Assembly (NCBI RefSeq): GCF_016432865.1
Contig: NC_067398.1
Coordinates: 550,560,001 to 550,624,000, forward strand
Source of the DNA: Antechinus flavipes
Lineage: Eukaryota
Reading direction: 5' to 3'
Length of the DNA stretch: 64,000 bases
Shown here: in pieces, positions 25,980 to 38,694 of the stretch
How the letters are laid out: each line of letters begins with the position of its first letter
Position numbering within the stretch: the first letter of the stretch is position 1
The notes under the pieces: model-generated
What the model was told of the DNA's origin: nothing
What the model saw: the letters and a program-made list of their open reading frames with translations, nothing else
Databases searched by the model: none
Made by a program: the position numbers and the translations under genes

Positions 25980-26800
25980 TGATATTTAAATGGCAACATA
26001 TAATCCAGCTTTCTCTCTTGTTGAATCTTGACTTTGACTTTGTCTGAGGTCAGTGATTACTAGCCTACTTTTTTCCTAAATCTACTTGTGATCCTTGTTA
26101 CTATACTTAATGTATTAATGTATTGCATTAATCTTATTTCCTTTTCCTGCAAGTGCTTTTGTTTTGTTCTACTCCTTAACTTGCCTTGTTATTACTTAAC
26201 CTCCTCTCAGCCATGGGTCCTTTCCTTACCTTCTTCCCCCACCTTTTTCCTTCCTCTTTATCCCATTTCCATTAATCTACATACCATATCCCATTACCAT
26301 TAATTTAAACATTTTTCTGTACCCTGCCTTATCCTTTTCCCTCCTCCCTTATTTCTTTATGAATTTTGGAGGGGCTATATTCTTTGTGGTATGTGTGTGT
26401 GTGTGTGTTGTTGTTCCCTATTTAACCCATTCCTGATATACACGTTTTCAGAACTACCAGCCCTCCCTTCCAATCGAATGCCTCTGTGTCAATTTTTCCT
26501 CTACACTTCGTTTGTATAGAATAATTACATTCTTTTCATATTGTTTTTCTTGCATAGTTCTAATTTATTTTTTAGTTTTCTCTCAGTCTCATTTGACTCT
26601 TAAAAGTTTTTTTGCATTCTTCTATAAATTCTTTCTGGGCAGGTATCATTTAATGTTGCTGTTTGGGGTAAGAAAGACTTTTTTTTTTTAATTCTCCTGA
26701 AGGTGAATCCTGGTTCTCTATTCTCATAGTAAATTTCTATGATTAGGTTCTTTTTCCTTTGCCTATTTATTTTTTTAAATTAGAAATTATTAGTGTGACT
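25980..26800 (-). mobile_element. Old L1 fragment (inter-ORF / ORF boundary region)
   Basis: Decayed reverse L1 motifs (ctttgtctgaggtcagtgattactagcc; gtaaatttctatgattaggttc). Confidence 0.5.
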
Positions 26801-26899
26801 ACCTCTAATACTTCCGTTGGGGTTGGGGAATGGTGGCTCTATCTTCTTTCTTTCTGACTTTGATTCCCACCAGTTGACTGAAAAACTACTTTCTCAAGC

Positions 26900-27990
26900 T
26901 CTCTTTGTCATTCATCCTTTTTGTTCTCTTTATATCCTTTGATCCTCCTGACCATCCCTTCCTTCTTGATACTCTGTTTTCAGTGGGTTTTTATTAACCC
27001 CCATTGTCTCTTTTTGTACCTGTCTGACTGGTCTTTCTTGGTCTCCTTTTTAGAAACATTATCTGTTTCGTGCTCCATATGTAGATATACCTCAAGGCTC
27101 TGTGCCTTTTTTGTCTGCATTGTTTCTTTTTGATCTCAGCTTTCATGGATTCAGTTGTCATCTATTTGTGGGTTATTCCTATATCTGGTTATTTAGTTCT
27201 TCTTTCCTGAGCTTCATACCTATACTACCATCTTAAACTAAAGTTGTCCAAAAAAGAATACCATCTTTTTTACACCCAATTTCAGTCTTCTTCCTAATAC
27301 GACTCAGTAGTATTCCTAAAGTATGACCACAGAACCTCAAAGTTTAAGAAGTTTCAGTGGCTCTCCATGGCCTTTAGGATAAATTACAAGCACTGTTGAC
27401 ATTTATAGTTGTTTGCTCCCTGATTCCAGTCATCAGTCTTTACAAAAATGATTGCATTTTACTGCCTTACATATTCTCTGTGACAGCCACCTAGCAAGTT
27501 GTTACCCATGATTAGAAAATTCCTCCTTTTATTTTTATTTATTTATATGTTTATTTGTTTGCTGAGGCAGTTGGGATTAAATGACTTGCTCAAAGGCACA
27601 GTTTGGAAGTATTAAGTGTCTGAGGCAGGATTTGAAGCTCAGGTCCTCCTGACTTCAGGGCTACATTCTATACACTGAGCCATCTAGCTGCCCCCCTGCT
27701 TTTACTTCTTAAAACTGTTGGCTTTCTTCATTGTCCACCCCAAGTGCCATGTATTTCAAGAGAACTGTTTTGATTTCCCCCAGTTGTGTTTTCTTCCCCA
27801 GTCACTGTATTTTTATTTTATGTGTTACACGTTCACTTATCTACAAATATGGATTCATTCTTCTTCCTTTCCTTTCCTCCATACTGGAATGTAAGTTCTT
27901 TGATATCAGGGACTGCCTCACTTCTGGTTTTGATTTTTTTTTTTTTAATTGTCCCTTGCACCTGGTAAGTGGCTAATAAATTATTGAGTC
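26900..27990 (+). mobile_element. L2 remnant interrupted by a SINE
   Basis: L2 3' motifs ending cacctggtaagtggctaataaattattgag. Confidence 0.6.
27561..27695 (-). mobile_element. WSINE1-type short SINE
   Basis: gaggcagttgggattaa...aggtcctcctgacttcaggg...ctagctgcccc. Confidence 0.85.
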
Positions 27991-28413
27991 TGCACTTGTG
28001 AAGTTGAGTTTTGGGTTATGTCAGTGTACATTTATTAAGTTTCTACTGTTGGACCCTCAGGGTACCAACAAAGTTCTGAAAAGGTCCTTTTTTCAAGGAA
28101 TTAACAGTTGAATGAAGGAGCTAATATGCAAACACTCTTATATACAGGACAAATTGGAAATAATTAATAGTCATTATTTTTACCTAGGATTTTGCCCAAT
28201 GTGGTAGCTTCTAAATCTCTATTCAAAACTAAATAATCCATTTTTCTCCCCTTTCTCACTTTGTGTTATCTGTAAATTTGAGGAGCATGATTTATTTTTT
28301 TATCCAAATCATTAATAAACAATGCTAAATAATACCGAATTCTCCTTTCAAGTTGATACTGACTTCAGTGACTACTTTTTGACTCTATTCATTCAACCAG
28401 CTTCAAATTCACT

Positions 28414-28668
28414 AGTCTAATGCATGTCATTCCAGAAACTTTGGAAGGAGAGACTTTGTCAGATGTTTTGCTGACAATATATATATATATTACATTCCTT
28501 TGTTTTACTCTGTGTTAATCTGATATGAAGTGTTTTTGATAAAGCTGTGATAACTTTTAGTGATCAATACTTGTTTAAATGCTCAAATATCATTTTTTAA
28601 TATGTTCTATCTACAGTTTGCACATCTTATGTACAGTTCTACAGTCAGAAATAAAAGTCCAAGGTCAC
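28414..28668 (+). repeat. Copy 1 of a ~250-bp direct repeat (decayed CR1/L3-like sequence)
   Basis: Roughly 90% identical by eye to 30639-30884. Confidence 0.92.
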
Positions 28669-30638
28669 TGGCCATAGTTTACAGAATCTAACCCTATTCC
28701 CCTTTCCCCCCTTTTTAAATAAAATAGTACAATTTTCTCTAATTCTGTATCCCTTCTGTTTTATGGATGTAAGCTATCACGTTAGCCCTTTTCAGTATCT
28801 AGGTTCTGATACATTGTCTTACTTTGGGTTCTTACTTCATGCTAACCATTTTTGTTGTTTACTTCTCAGACTAAGATCATTGTCCTTAAAAAACAAAAGT
28901 ATAAAATGAGTTGTTTAGCTTTCTGATTTTTACTCATTATCATCGTGTTTACTCCTGCACTATTTCTTATTGAGTTTTCCACTTTTCTTGTGTATAGTTT
29001 GAAAAACACATTTTCTTGTCCTTAGCATTCTTTGCCAGCTTCGTTTTTGGCTTTAGTGTTATATAATACCAGTGGGACAATATTTGTCATTTGTATACCT
29101 TTTCTGTTTTCTTCTCTAACCCTTCCTCCCATTTTCTATATTATACCTTTATATTTAAAAAAAAAAAATTGAGTTTGTTTTGGTTTTCTATATATCGAGG
29201 TTGGCTCTTCCCCAAAACTCCCTTTTTGTCTTCCTCTTTGCACTCATTTTGCTCTTTTTCAGTCTTGAGTGTTTACTCAAAAGAGTGTTTACTCCTCGAG
29301 CAAAGTTTCCCTTGGGCATTGGAATCTTTTGAGGTCTGTTTTCCCCTAATCTAGTATGCTTTTCCATATTACACACATGCCTTTCTTGTTTTGTGTTATC
29401 ATTGGACTATGATAGAAATGATTAGTTGCTTTCTAGGTTACTGTCATGTCTATTTCAGAAATCAGTTCCCCTTCCCAATTCTTCCTTTTTTTTTTTTAAA
29501 GAATGAAAAATTCACAAATTCTTTATGTTACACCCCAGTAGAATGTAAATTCCTCTAAGGGAAAAGATTATTTTGTTTTTGTCTTGGTATCTCCAACCTT
29601 GTATATACATGACTGATTCCTTTAAAAGGTATTTTTTGAATTGAACAATGAAGGCAAGTCACATCAGTTTTCTTTGCTTTTGACAGGGAAAATTTGTCCA
29701 CAGATATCTTTAGATAGTTGAAATATCCCATTATTGAAATATATTTCTGTGCAAGGCTTCTGATGTTTCCTAGATTCTTTATTTAATTCCTCCTCTATTC
29801 AGGTGGTTTGTAGTTTATTCCTATAATAGTATCATTTTTTTTTTCCCTACTCTGGATTGGCACATCTAACTATTCTTCACTATATCATTCTCTTGAATTT
29901 CCTCACATAAATATGTATTTTTTAAAACATATAGTAGAGTGCCCTTCTTGTCTCATTCTTTCTTTGAACAATTCTGTTTCCTTTCAGTGTTATATTTTAG
30001 TTATGAATTATATCCCTCCTACTTTTAGTGATATATGCTATCCCATTTGCCTTCCACAATTAGGATATTGTCTGTATTTATATGTAAATATTTGAAGCCG
30101 TAGATTTTATTGTTGTGTTCTTATTTGTTGTTTCATGAGATGTTGATTCTTTCTTTTGGTACTTGTTCTCCTATGTCATACCTACTACTTTCTAGTCCCA
30201 AAGTTGTTAAAATTGCACATGCAGTTTTCTCTATCCCTTTCCCCTCTCAATTTGTTGTTCTTTTAGCTTCTCACAAGACTGGAGTGATACATGTTTTTTT
30301 CCTGGACCTTTTTAGGTATATTTCATCCCTTATCATTTCTTGTCAAGAGTCTTATTGCTACTCATGTATTCTGAGCCATGTTACAGAAGTCCAGATTGCA
30401 TTCTCAGACCATGTTTCTTGGCCAGCTATTCACTTTGAATTTTTAGGATGTTGGGTCTAGAACTGAAGGGTACCTGCTAAGCCATAAGCCATCTAGTTCT
30501 TCACCCTCATCTTTTACCTAAAGAAATGGAGGCTCAGAGACGGTAAGTGACTTTCCTCTACCATCAGACTACAGCACCAGACTTCGAACCTTTCCAAGGA
30601 GAGGCGGTCTGGCCTGGTGGGGAGATCAAGTTAGAGGA

Positions 30639-30884
30639 AGTCTAATGCAAATCATTCTAGAAACTTTGGAAGGAGAGCCTTTGTCAGATGTTTTGCTGAC
30701 ATATATGTAGAACATTCCTTTGTTTTACTCTGTGTTAATCTGATATGAAGTGTTTTTGAGAAAGCTGTGATAACTTTTAGTGATCAATACTTGTCTAAAT
30801 GCTCAAATGTCATTTTTTAATATGTTCTACAGTTTGCACATCTTATGTACAGTTCTACAATCAGAAGTAAAAGTCCAAGCTCAC
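30639..30884 (+). repeat. Copy 2 of the ~250-bp direct repeat
   Basis: Long exact blocks shared with 28414-28668, e.g. acattcctttgttttactctgtgttaatctgatatgaagtgtttttga. Confidence 0.92.
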
Positions 30885-31749
30885 ATTGCAGTTCCAACAT
30901 CCAGGCATCAAAGGTCCACACATAAAATGGGCAGTTTTAATACCTCACAAGTTGTCATGGGGCCAAAGCCAAATAAATAAAAGTGCTTTGTGTTTTGTGT
31001 TAAGGTGTTTGTCACTCCTGACTTAGTGAGCCCACTTAGCGTTTTCTTGGCAATGGGGGTGAAGAAAGTGAGACAAACAGGGTTCACGGGTCACACAGCC
31101 AAAGGACAAAGTCTGCAGGCTGTATTTGAAATCAGAAAGATGACTATTTCATAGCATTAAGTTCTTCACTCCCTTTCCCCACCTTCTTCTAATAGTAATT
31201 ATTCTTGTTTGTTAGGCTTCACTATGAGTAGCCATGATTATGATCCTTTTTTTGAATTTGTGGTTTTCTTTGGTAAATTATGTATTTAAACCTTAATTTC
31301 TTTGTCTGAAAAAAATCTTTTATTTTAATCTATAAAAAAAATTAAACAGAGATGAATCAGTTCTGTAAGAAAAGTGATTTTTTTTTTTTAATTGTTGGTA
31401 TTGAATTCGGATCTAATTGTTGCTAGTTGTTGGCTTGTTTTACTTAGCATTTGTTGGGGCCACTTGAAGTTTAAAAAAGAAAACAATTACAATATTAAGC
31501 CTTGATTTTTTTTTTTTTTAAGAGTGCTGGATATAGTCATAAAGTCTTGCTTTCAACTATCAATTGTAAAACTATCAGTAAGTGTGTGATCTTAGGATTC
31601 AGCACTATTACATTTAAACCTGACAACTTCTGAAGCTAACTATTCAAACTTATTATTTTATCTTCTTTGCTTCCCCCTTATTTGCTGCCATTGATATGAC
31701 CAATTCTCCTAGTTATACAAGCACAAAACCTTGGAAGCTATAGGATCAT

Positions 31750-32350
31750 AAAATTTAAGAGCTGATATCTTTCTAACTTCACTTTCTCTTCCCAGTGGCC
31801 CCTATATTCTCTCCACTCCCCAACAAGTGCTAAGTAAAAGAAGCCAACTCTAATATGTGTTTTCATAGTGTATTCTGCTGAACATGAAAGGCATGCTTCA
31901 TTGTCAGTCTTCTCAAGTCGCAATTGGTTACTGCAATATTCATTCTGCAGTTCTGGTGTTTGATAGTGTTTTTCCTTACATTATTGTCTTCAATGTGTAA
32001 TTTATTCTAGTTCTGTTGCATTGTTATACATCAGCTTAAGTCTTAATTTTTGCTGAATTTATCATATTTGCCATTTCTTATGTCACAGTATAGACCTTAG
32101 TAACTGTTCTTAGTAACTTAGTGATAATTATACATGGTTTTTCAGCATAGTTGAGACTTTAATAGTATATTGGTATCTCTGCCTTTCTATAGTCATTCCA
32201 GCATGTACCATCTTGATATTTTGTTACTTTTTTCTGATTTAAGTTATAAAGTGAAATGAAGTTGCTTTAATTTCGGTTTTCTTATTAATAATTAGAAAAC
32301 TATCTTTGACTTTATTGTTTATAACTACCTTTTCTCCTTTTGAAAAATAA
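31750..32350 (-). mobile_element. Old L1 3' fragment
   Basis: Decayed reverse L1 3' UTR / ORF2 motifs. Confidence 0.5.
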
Positions 32351-32659
32351 ATTCCTGTTCATATTCTTTGATTATCTATTGGGACTAAGTACTTTATATG
32401 TATTTATATCAGTTTCCTATATATATATTTTGTCTACTAGAATTTTTATTAGAAATATTATTAAACATTTATTAAGTGCCTGCTATGTGTTAGGCCCTAT
32501 ACTAAGTGCTAGGGATACAAAAAGAGGCAAAAGACAGTCCCTGTCCTCAAGGAGCTTCCAGTCTAATGATTTTCTTTTCACTCTCTGTTTTAATTTTATT
32601 TTTAAAAAGTTTTAATATTTCTTGTAATCTTAGTTGCATATTTGGTAAATCATTTTTGT

Positions 32660-33020
32660 CTTTATCCATTTTTTTATTATAACTTCTTATTTACAAGATA
32701 TATATGTATGGGTAATTTTTCAGCATTGACAGTTGCAAAACCTTTTGTTCCAATTTTTCCCTTCCTTCCTCACAACCTCTTCTCCAAATGGCAAGTAGAC
32801 CAATACATGTTAAATATGTTAAAGTATAAGTTAAATACAATATATGTATACATGTCCAAACAGTTATTTTGCTGCACAAAAAGAATCAGACTTTGAAATA
32901 GTGTACAAATATCCTGTGAAGGAAATCAAAAAGCTAGGCAGACAAAAATAGAGGGATTGGGAATTCTACGTAGTGATTCACATTCATTTCCCTGAGTTGT
33001 TTCGCTGGGTGTAGCTTAAC
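32660..33020 (-). mobile_element. Younger L1 3' UTR fragment
   Basis: ttttattataac...gggtaatttttcagcattgac...aagaatcagactttgaaat. Confidence 0.8.
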
Positions 33021-33344
33021 CATTTTTTTGATGATATGATCATTTGTATTTAGGTCAGTTATCCATTTATAATTTTGTTGTGTGGTGGTTAGGTGGCCTA
33101 AAGCCAATTTCTTTTAGCTTAATTTTTAATTTTCTCAGCTATTCTTTTTGATTTAGGAAGTTTTTTCCCCCAATCCGTTTTGTTGGGATTTTATTGAACA
33201 CTAAACCACCATGCTTCTAGGTCTCATTTACCTAAGCTTGCTCCATTGATCAAGTTCAATTTAACCATTATAAATTTTGCTAATTGCTACAAGATTTAAC
33301 TATGCCAAAAGAACTATAAAACCACAAAGTGTTTGAAACCACCA

Positions 33345-33935
33345 CCACCAGCAGTGTCACTATTGGATCTGTATCACAAAGAGATCATAAAAGAGGGAAA
33401 AGGACCCTTATATGCAAAAATGTTTGTAGCAGCAATGTTTGTTGTGGTAGCAAAGAATTGGAAAATGAGTGGATGCCCATCAGTTGGAGAATTGCTGAAT
33501 AAGTTATGGTATATGAATGTTATGGAATGTTATTGTTCTATAAGAAAGGATGAGCAGGATGATTTCAGAAAAATCTGAAGAGATTTATATGAACTGATAC
33601 TAAGTGACATGAGCAGAACTATAAAAACATTGTGCACAGCAACAAGATTGCATGATGACCAACTATGATAGACTAAGCTCTTCTCAGCAATAATAGTGAT
33701 CTAAGGCAATTCCAATAAACTGTGGATGGAAAATGTCATCTGCATCCACAGAGAGAAGTATGGAGACTAATTGCAGATTACTATACTTTATACTATACTT
33801 TAAGATTGACAATACTAGTCACTTTTTTTTTTTTTTTTTTTTTTTTTTTTGTGGTTTTTCCCTTTTGTTCTCTCCCAACATGATTCATGGAAATATATGA
33901 AAAATGAATATACATAGGTAACCTTAAAAATAAAA
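33345..33935 (+). mobile_element. L1 3' end encoding ORF2p C-terminal peptide
   Basis: ORF 33333..33578 (LLDLYHKEI...MFVAAMFVVVAKNWK..GCPSVGELLNKLWYMNVMECY) matches the L1 ORF2 C-terminal domain. Confidence 0.88.
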
Positions 33936-34702
33936 GATGTTTTTCACCCCAAAATAAAATATATTTTAAGATCTGGTAATACTGGTCCCTTAATTCCTAC
34001 TTCTCTCCATTTATTTCCCTTGGGATTTATCCCTCAGGATGAATTTTGTTACTCTTTTGTCTAGTTCAGTGAAATAACCCCTTGATGGCTTGCTTTTGCT
34101 TTATATCTGTAAGTTAATTTTGTATCCCAGTATTTTTTACTTCTAACATAGTGCCTTTGAAGGAAAAAATAGGGGAAGAGAGGAAGAAAATCACAAAGAA
34201 ATTCAGTTTAGCTTTGTAATTATGATTTATCAAGAAGCTTTGCTAATATAATTTATCTTACTCCCCCCCCCAACCATCACTTCATTCTTCCTCTGTACTC
34301 TATGAGAAAAAAAAGCAACACTGTTCTCTTTATTTTCCATTTGTCAACATCCTACATACCATTTAAAACCCAGATAAAATTTCAACCTTACTTCATGAAA
34401 TCCTCCAGATCAAAGTGATTATTTTTAATGTTTAATCCTTTCTGTTACCTTATGACATTTCTCGTTATTATGAATTAATTTTTCATTTGTTTGTCATTTT
34501 TCTAATTAGCAGGTAAGCTCATTAAGTGCACACATATATATTTCATTTAATTAGCGCTATTTTTCATATATATATATATATATATAATATGTATGTATAT
34601 ATATTTGAATAATAGCTCAAATTATAAATGAATTACCTTGCTATATTCTTAAGCCAGTTTGGGCATTGATAGTATACAGTAGCTAGGTCATAAAGGAATT
34701 GA

Positions 34703-34849
<147 letters not shown>

Positions 34850-34909
34850 TAAAAACAAAATACAGGCCATAATGTATTCTCTTGAATTTTTGTGCAGAGG
34901 ATGCTGGGA

Positions 34910-35154
34910 GGGGCAGCTGGGTATTGCAGTAGATTGAATGCTGGATCTGGAGTAAAGATGACCTATCTTCCTGAGTTCAAATTTGGCCTCAGACACTTTA
35001 TAGCTGTGTGAACTTGGGCATGTCACTTAACCTTGTTTGCCCTAGTTCCCTTATCTGTAATACAGTGAGCCAGAGAATGAAATGAAAACCACTCCAGTGT
35101 CTTTGCCAAGAAAACCCCAAATGGGGTCATGAAGAGTTAGACACAACTAAATAA
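34910..35154 (+). mobile_element. MAR1-type SINE
   Basis: ggggcagctgg head, CORE, ccagtgtctttgccaagaaaaccccaaatggggtcatgaagagt tail. Confidence 0.87.
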
Positions 35155-35689
35155 GAACCCACCCTCCCATCCTCCTCTGCAAGTACCTGGGAGCATCTAC
35201 CTAATAGTATTAGAAAATTATTTGTGTTAACTTTGTTATCTTTTAATTTGCCCTTCAATCACATTTCAATCTAAATCCTAGACCAGATGAAATTAAGAAA
35301 AAAAAAATTAAAATTAAAAAGTAATGTACACTGTACCTTTTTGTGCACTTCACCTCCTTTACAGTCACAGATTGTTAAAGTTATCCATAAAGAATTTATT
35401 AAGTGTTCACTATTTGCTAAACAGGTGAGATACAAAGAAAGTAAGAAGACTCTTCTCTTATTATAATGGGAACTCCAATATTCAGACAACTGTATGCATA
35501 TAAGTGCATTCATGTTCTCTCTGGAAAAATTTTTTTAAGCATACAATTATTTTAATTTTTTGTTCCTTAAAATTTTTTTTTTTTTTTTGCAATTAATATG
35601 TAAAGATAGTTTTCAACATTTTCTTTTACAGGATTTTTATTTCCTTTTTTTTCCCCCAGTAGATGGAATTTGAGATGAGTCTTACAGAA

Positions 35690-36420
35690 GTCAGAGAAAT
35701 TAGGAGATAGAGGTGAGGAAGAGAGCCAGCCTTTCTAGTGTGGACAACCTGTGAAAAGGCAGGAGCTATTACTTAGTATCATGTTCAAGGGTTAGACAGA
35801 AGGCTAGAATATGTGGAAGGGAATGTATTAAGAAAACAGAAAAAGTAGGAAGGGGCTAGAATGTGAAGGGCTTTCAAAAACTTAACGGAAGATTTAAAAG
35901 GTTGATCCTGAAAGTAATAAGTCATTGGAGCTAAATTGGGAGTGGAGACTGGGGCAGTGATGGTGCTGATAGTCACACTTGTTTTTAGGAAAATCATTTT
36001 GGCAGTTATGAGTGTAGTATGGTTTGGGGTAGAACCCAGAACAATCAGAGGGTTATTGTAATAGTCCAAGCATGAATTGTGAAGAGTGCCTTCACCAGTT
36101 ACGATTGTGAGTGGGGGAAAAGAACATGAGCGATGTTGTGAAGGTAGAAATGACAAGATTTAGCAATAGGTGACTAGATATGTGGAAGGAATTCAGGTAG
36201 AGAGTAGATGATAGCAATGAGCTACAAGCTTGAGTGACTTGGAAGATATTGGTGCTCTAATTTGTAATAGGATTTAGGTATTCTGTTATTAAGTTCAGAA
36301 GAAGAATGTATTGGGAGTATAGAGATGGAATTATAAATTCTGTTTTGGACATGTTGAATCTGGGATGTTTGTGGGATATTTAGTACAGTGTGTCAGTTGG
36401 TGATGTCTCTGGTGGTAAGA
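35690..36420 (-). mobile_element. L2 remnant
   Basis: Purine-rich reverse L2 pattern (gggttattgtaatagtccaagcatga; ttctgttttggacatgttga). Confidence 0.7.
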
Positions 36421-37102
36421 AGATAAGACATTAGTGTTGATTTCCATTTTACAGATGAGGAAACTGAGGGAGACAGGGTAAGTACTTTCCCAGAGAGATA
36501 TAATAAATGTCTATGGTCAGAATTGAAGTGAACTTCTCTTTCTACTATAATATCACCTAGCTGGCTGTCATTTATATACAGATGATAATTGAACCAGTGG
36601 GAGCTGAAGAGATCACCAAGTAGAATTGTTATAGAAAAGGACCAGTTTCAGACCCATGTTAGCCATGTTCAATTTAAAGAGTCCTGATTAGCCACACTCA
36701 GTTAAGTAGATGAAAAAGAACTTCCCACTTTATAAGGAAGATATTAAGTTGGAGTTTACTTGTAGAACTCTTTAATTCAATTGAAAGGGAAAGGGAAATT
36801 TTGAATATTGAATTAGTTCTCTGGGAGCCTTTTCTTTAAGGATAATATTCCCAACAAATTTTATGTTCTTCTGAGATAACAGATTTGAATTTCCTGTAGT
36901 CTTACTTAGCCATATATCTACAATGACTAATGTGCAAGAAATTATTATTCAAAGTTAACTCTGTAATTAAGGATAATCTCATTTGTTCATTATTTATGCT
37001 TAATAAATGTTTTTGCATTGATAAAACATATTTCTTGGTTAAATATATACTTTTAAAAAATTTTAATTTTTTTTTCCATTGTTGAATTTTCTTTTCCTCC
37101 AG

Positions 37103-37233
37103 AGACTCACAATCTGCCAAAGCAACCTCCACTTGCCCTAGCAATGGGACAAGCCACACAATGTCTAGGACTGATGGCCCGATCAGGAATTGGATCCTGT
37201 GCATTTGCCACAGTAGAAGACTATCTTCATTAG
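37103..37233 (+). CDS. RANBP9: RANBP9 last coding exon (131 nt): [43 protein letters not shown]
   Basis: ttttcctccag acceptor; TAG at 37231-37233; C-terminus as recalled for mammalian RANBP9. Confidence 0.97.
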
Positions 37234-37701
37234 CTATGCATTTAAGAGCTCAGACTTATATTGTGGCATATAGTCAACATGGAAGTAGACCAGCTCTGCC
37301 GATTTGAAATTTAGATTTTTTTAAAATTATGTACTGGGGACAGGTCTTTGTCGCTTTACATTGCTTCCTAGTTTACAGCATGATGCAAATGATTTTCTAA
37401 CTTAGTGTTAGGAGAAATTATTTTCCATCTTTAACCTCTTAGTTGTCTAAGAGTTTAAAATATTGCTGAATTTCAGATATTAAAATTTGATCATTACAAA
37501 TCCTCTAAAAATTATTTTAAAAAACAAACCCAAAATTCTGCTTCTTTGGGTTGGGGGGTGGTGGTGGGGGAAGGAACTATAGAACAAGTTGTGTTTGTGT
37601 TAGCATGTGGGTGATGTAAACTTCAAATTGGGAGACTTTCCAACCCCCCCCCTGCTCCCATTATTAGCGATCAATCAGTGTAATTTGCAAAGTGCATAAA
37701 C
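37234..37701 (+). other. RANBP9: RANBP9 3' UTR (proximal part, truncated by an assembly gap)
   Basis: Directly follows the stop codon; non-repetitive; resembles the human RANBP9 3' UTR as recalled. Confidence 0.8.
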
Positions 37702-37953
37702 NNNNNNNNNNNNNNNNNNNNNNNNNNNNNNNNNNNNNNNNNNNNNNNNNNNNNNNNNNNNNNNNNNNNNNNNNNNNNNNNNNNNNNNNNNNNNNNNNNN
37801 NNNNNNNNNNNNNNNNNNNNNNNNNNNNNNNNNNNNNNNNNNNNNNNNNNNNNNNNNNNNNNNNNNNNNNNNNNNNNNNNNNNNNNNNNNNNNNNNNNNN
37901 NNNNNNNNNNNNNNNNNNNNNNNNNNNNNNNNNNNNNNNNNNNNNNNNNNNNN
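37702..37953. other. Assembly gap (252 N)
   Basis: N run. Confidence 0.99.
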
Positions 37954-37982
37954 GACCTTTATTTATATAAAAAACCAAATAT

Positions 37983-38122
37983 NNNNNNNNNNNNNNNNNN
38001 NNNNNNNNNNNNNNNNNNNNNNNNNNNNNNNNNNNNNNNNNNNNNNNNNNNNNNNNNNNNNNNNNNNNNNNNNNNNNNNNNNNNNNNNNNNNNNNNNNNN
38101 NNNNNNNNNNNNNNNNNNNNNN
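37983..38122. other. Assembly gap (140 N)
   Basis: N run. Confidence 0.99.
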
Positions 38123-38560
38123 ATTAATTTTAAATTATAAAACTAAAATCGGGTACAAGCAAAGTTAAACTAAATTAGAATATTAATGCTGCTTATAGTT
38201 TGGCCAAAACTATTGGAGCAGTATAAATTTAGGGTTGCTAGCTCATCAGTCCAGTGGCCTACTTTATAGAGTTCAATACCTAAAGCTTGAAAAGGGGCAA
38301 AGAAGTCAGTCAGCAATATGGAGAAATGGGAAATTCAAGAGGATGGGTTATACCAAAAGACAAGTCTCCATCTAAGTCTGTATTTGACAATACTCAAGTT
38401 AGACTAAGAACATGCTTGTAGTATTGTTTTGTTTCTTCCAGTTGTTTCTAAAGAAATGAAAGCATTTTGTGCATATAGCTATTGAGTTTGGTACACTAAT
38501 CTTTATTCATTTCAGAGCAGTTCTGTTAAACTGACAAGGTGCAAAACAGGCCCATTATAT

Positions 38561-38694
38561 TTTAGCTGAGGCAATTGGGATTAAGTGACTTGCCCAGGGT
38601 TACACAGGAAGTGTTAGGTGTCTGAGGCCAGATTTGAACTCTGGTCCTCCTGACTTCGGGGATAACGTTCTATCCACTATGCCACCCCTGCCCC
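38561..38694 (-). mobile_element. WSINE1-type SINE between the RANBP9 and NOL7 3' ends
   Basis: gaggcaattgggattaagtgacttgcccaggg...ctcctgacttc...tatccactatgccac. Confidence 0.87.

Noticed and set aside
28414-30884. Reading the 250-bp direct repeats as the LTR pair of a retroelement
   Set aside because: No TG...CA termini, TSD, PBS or PPT; interior lacks gag/pol signal; the unit looks CR1-derived
37664-37978. ORFs containing X runs
   Set aside because: Artefacts of translating through N gaps
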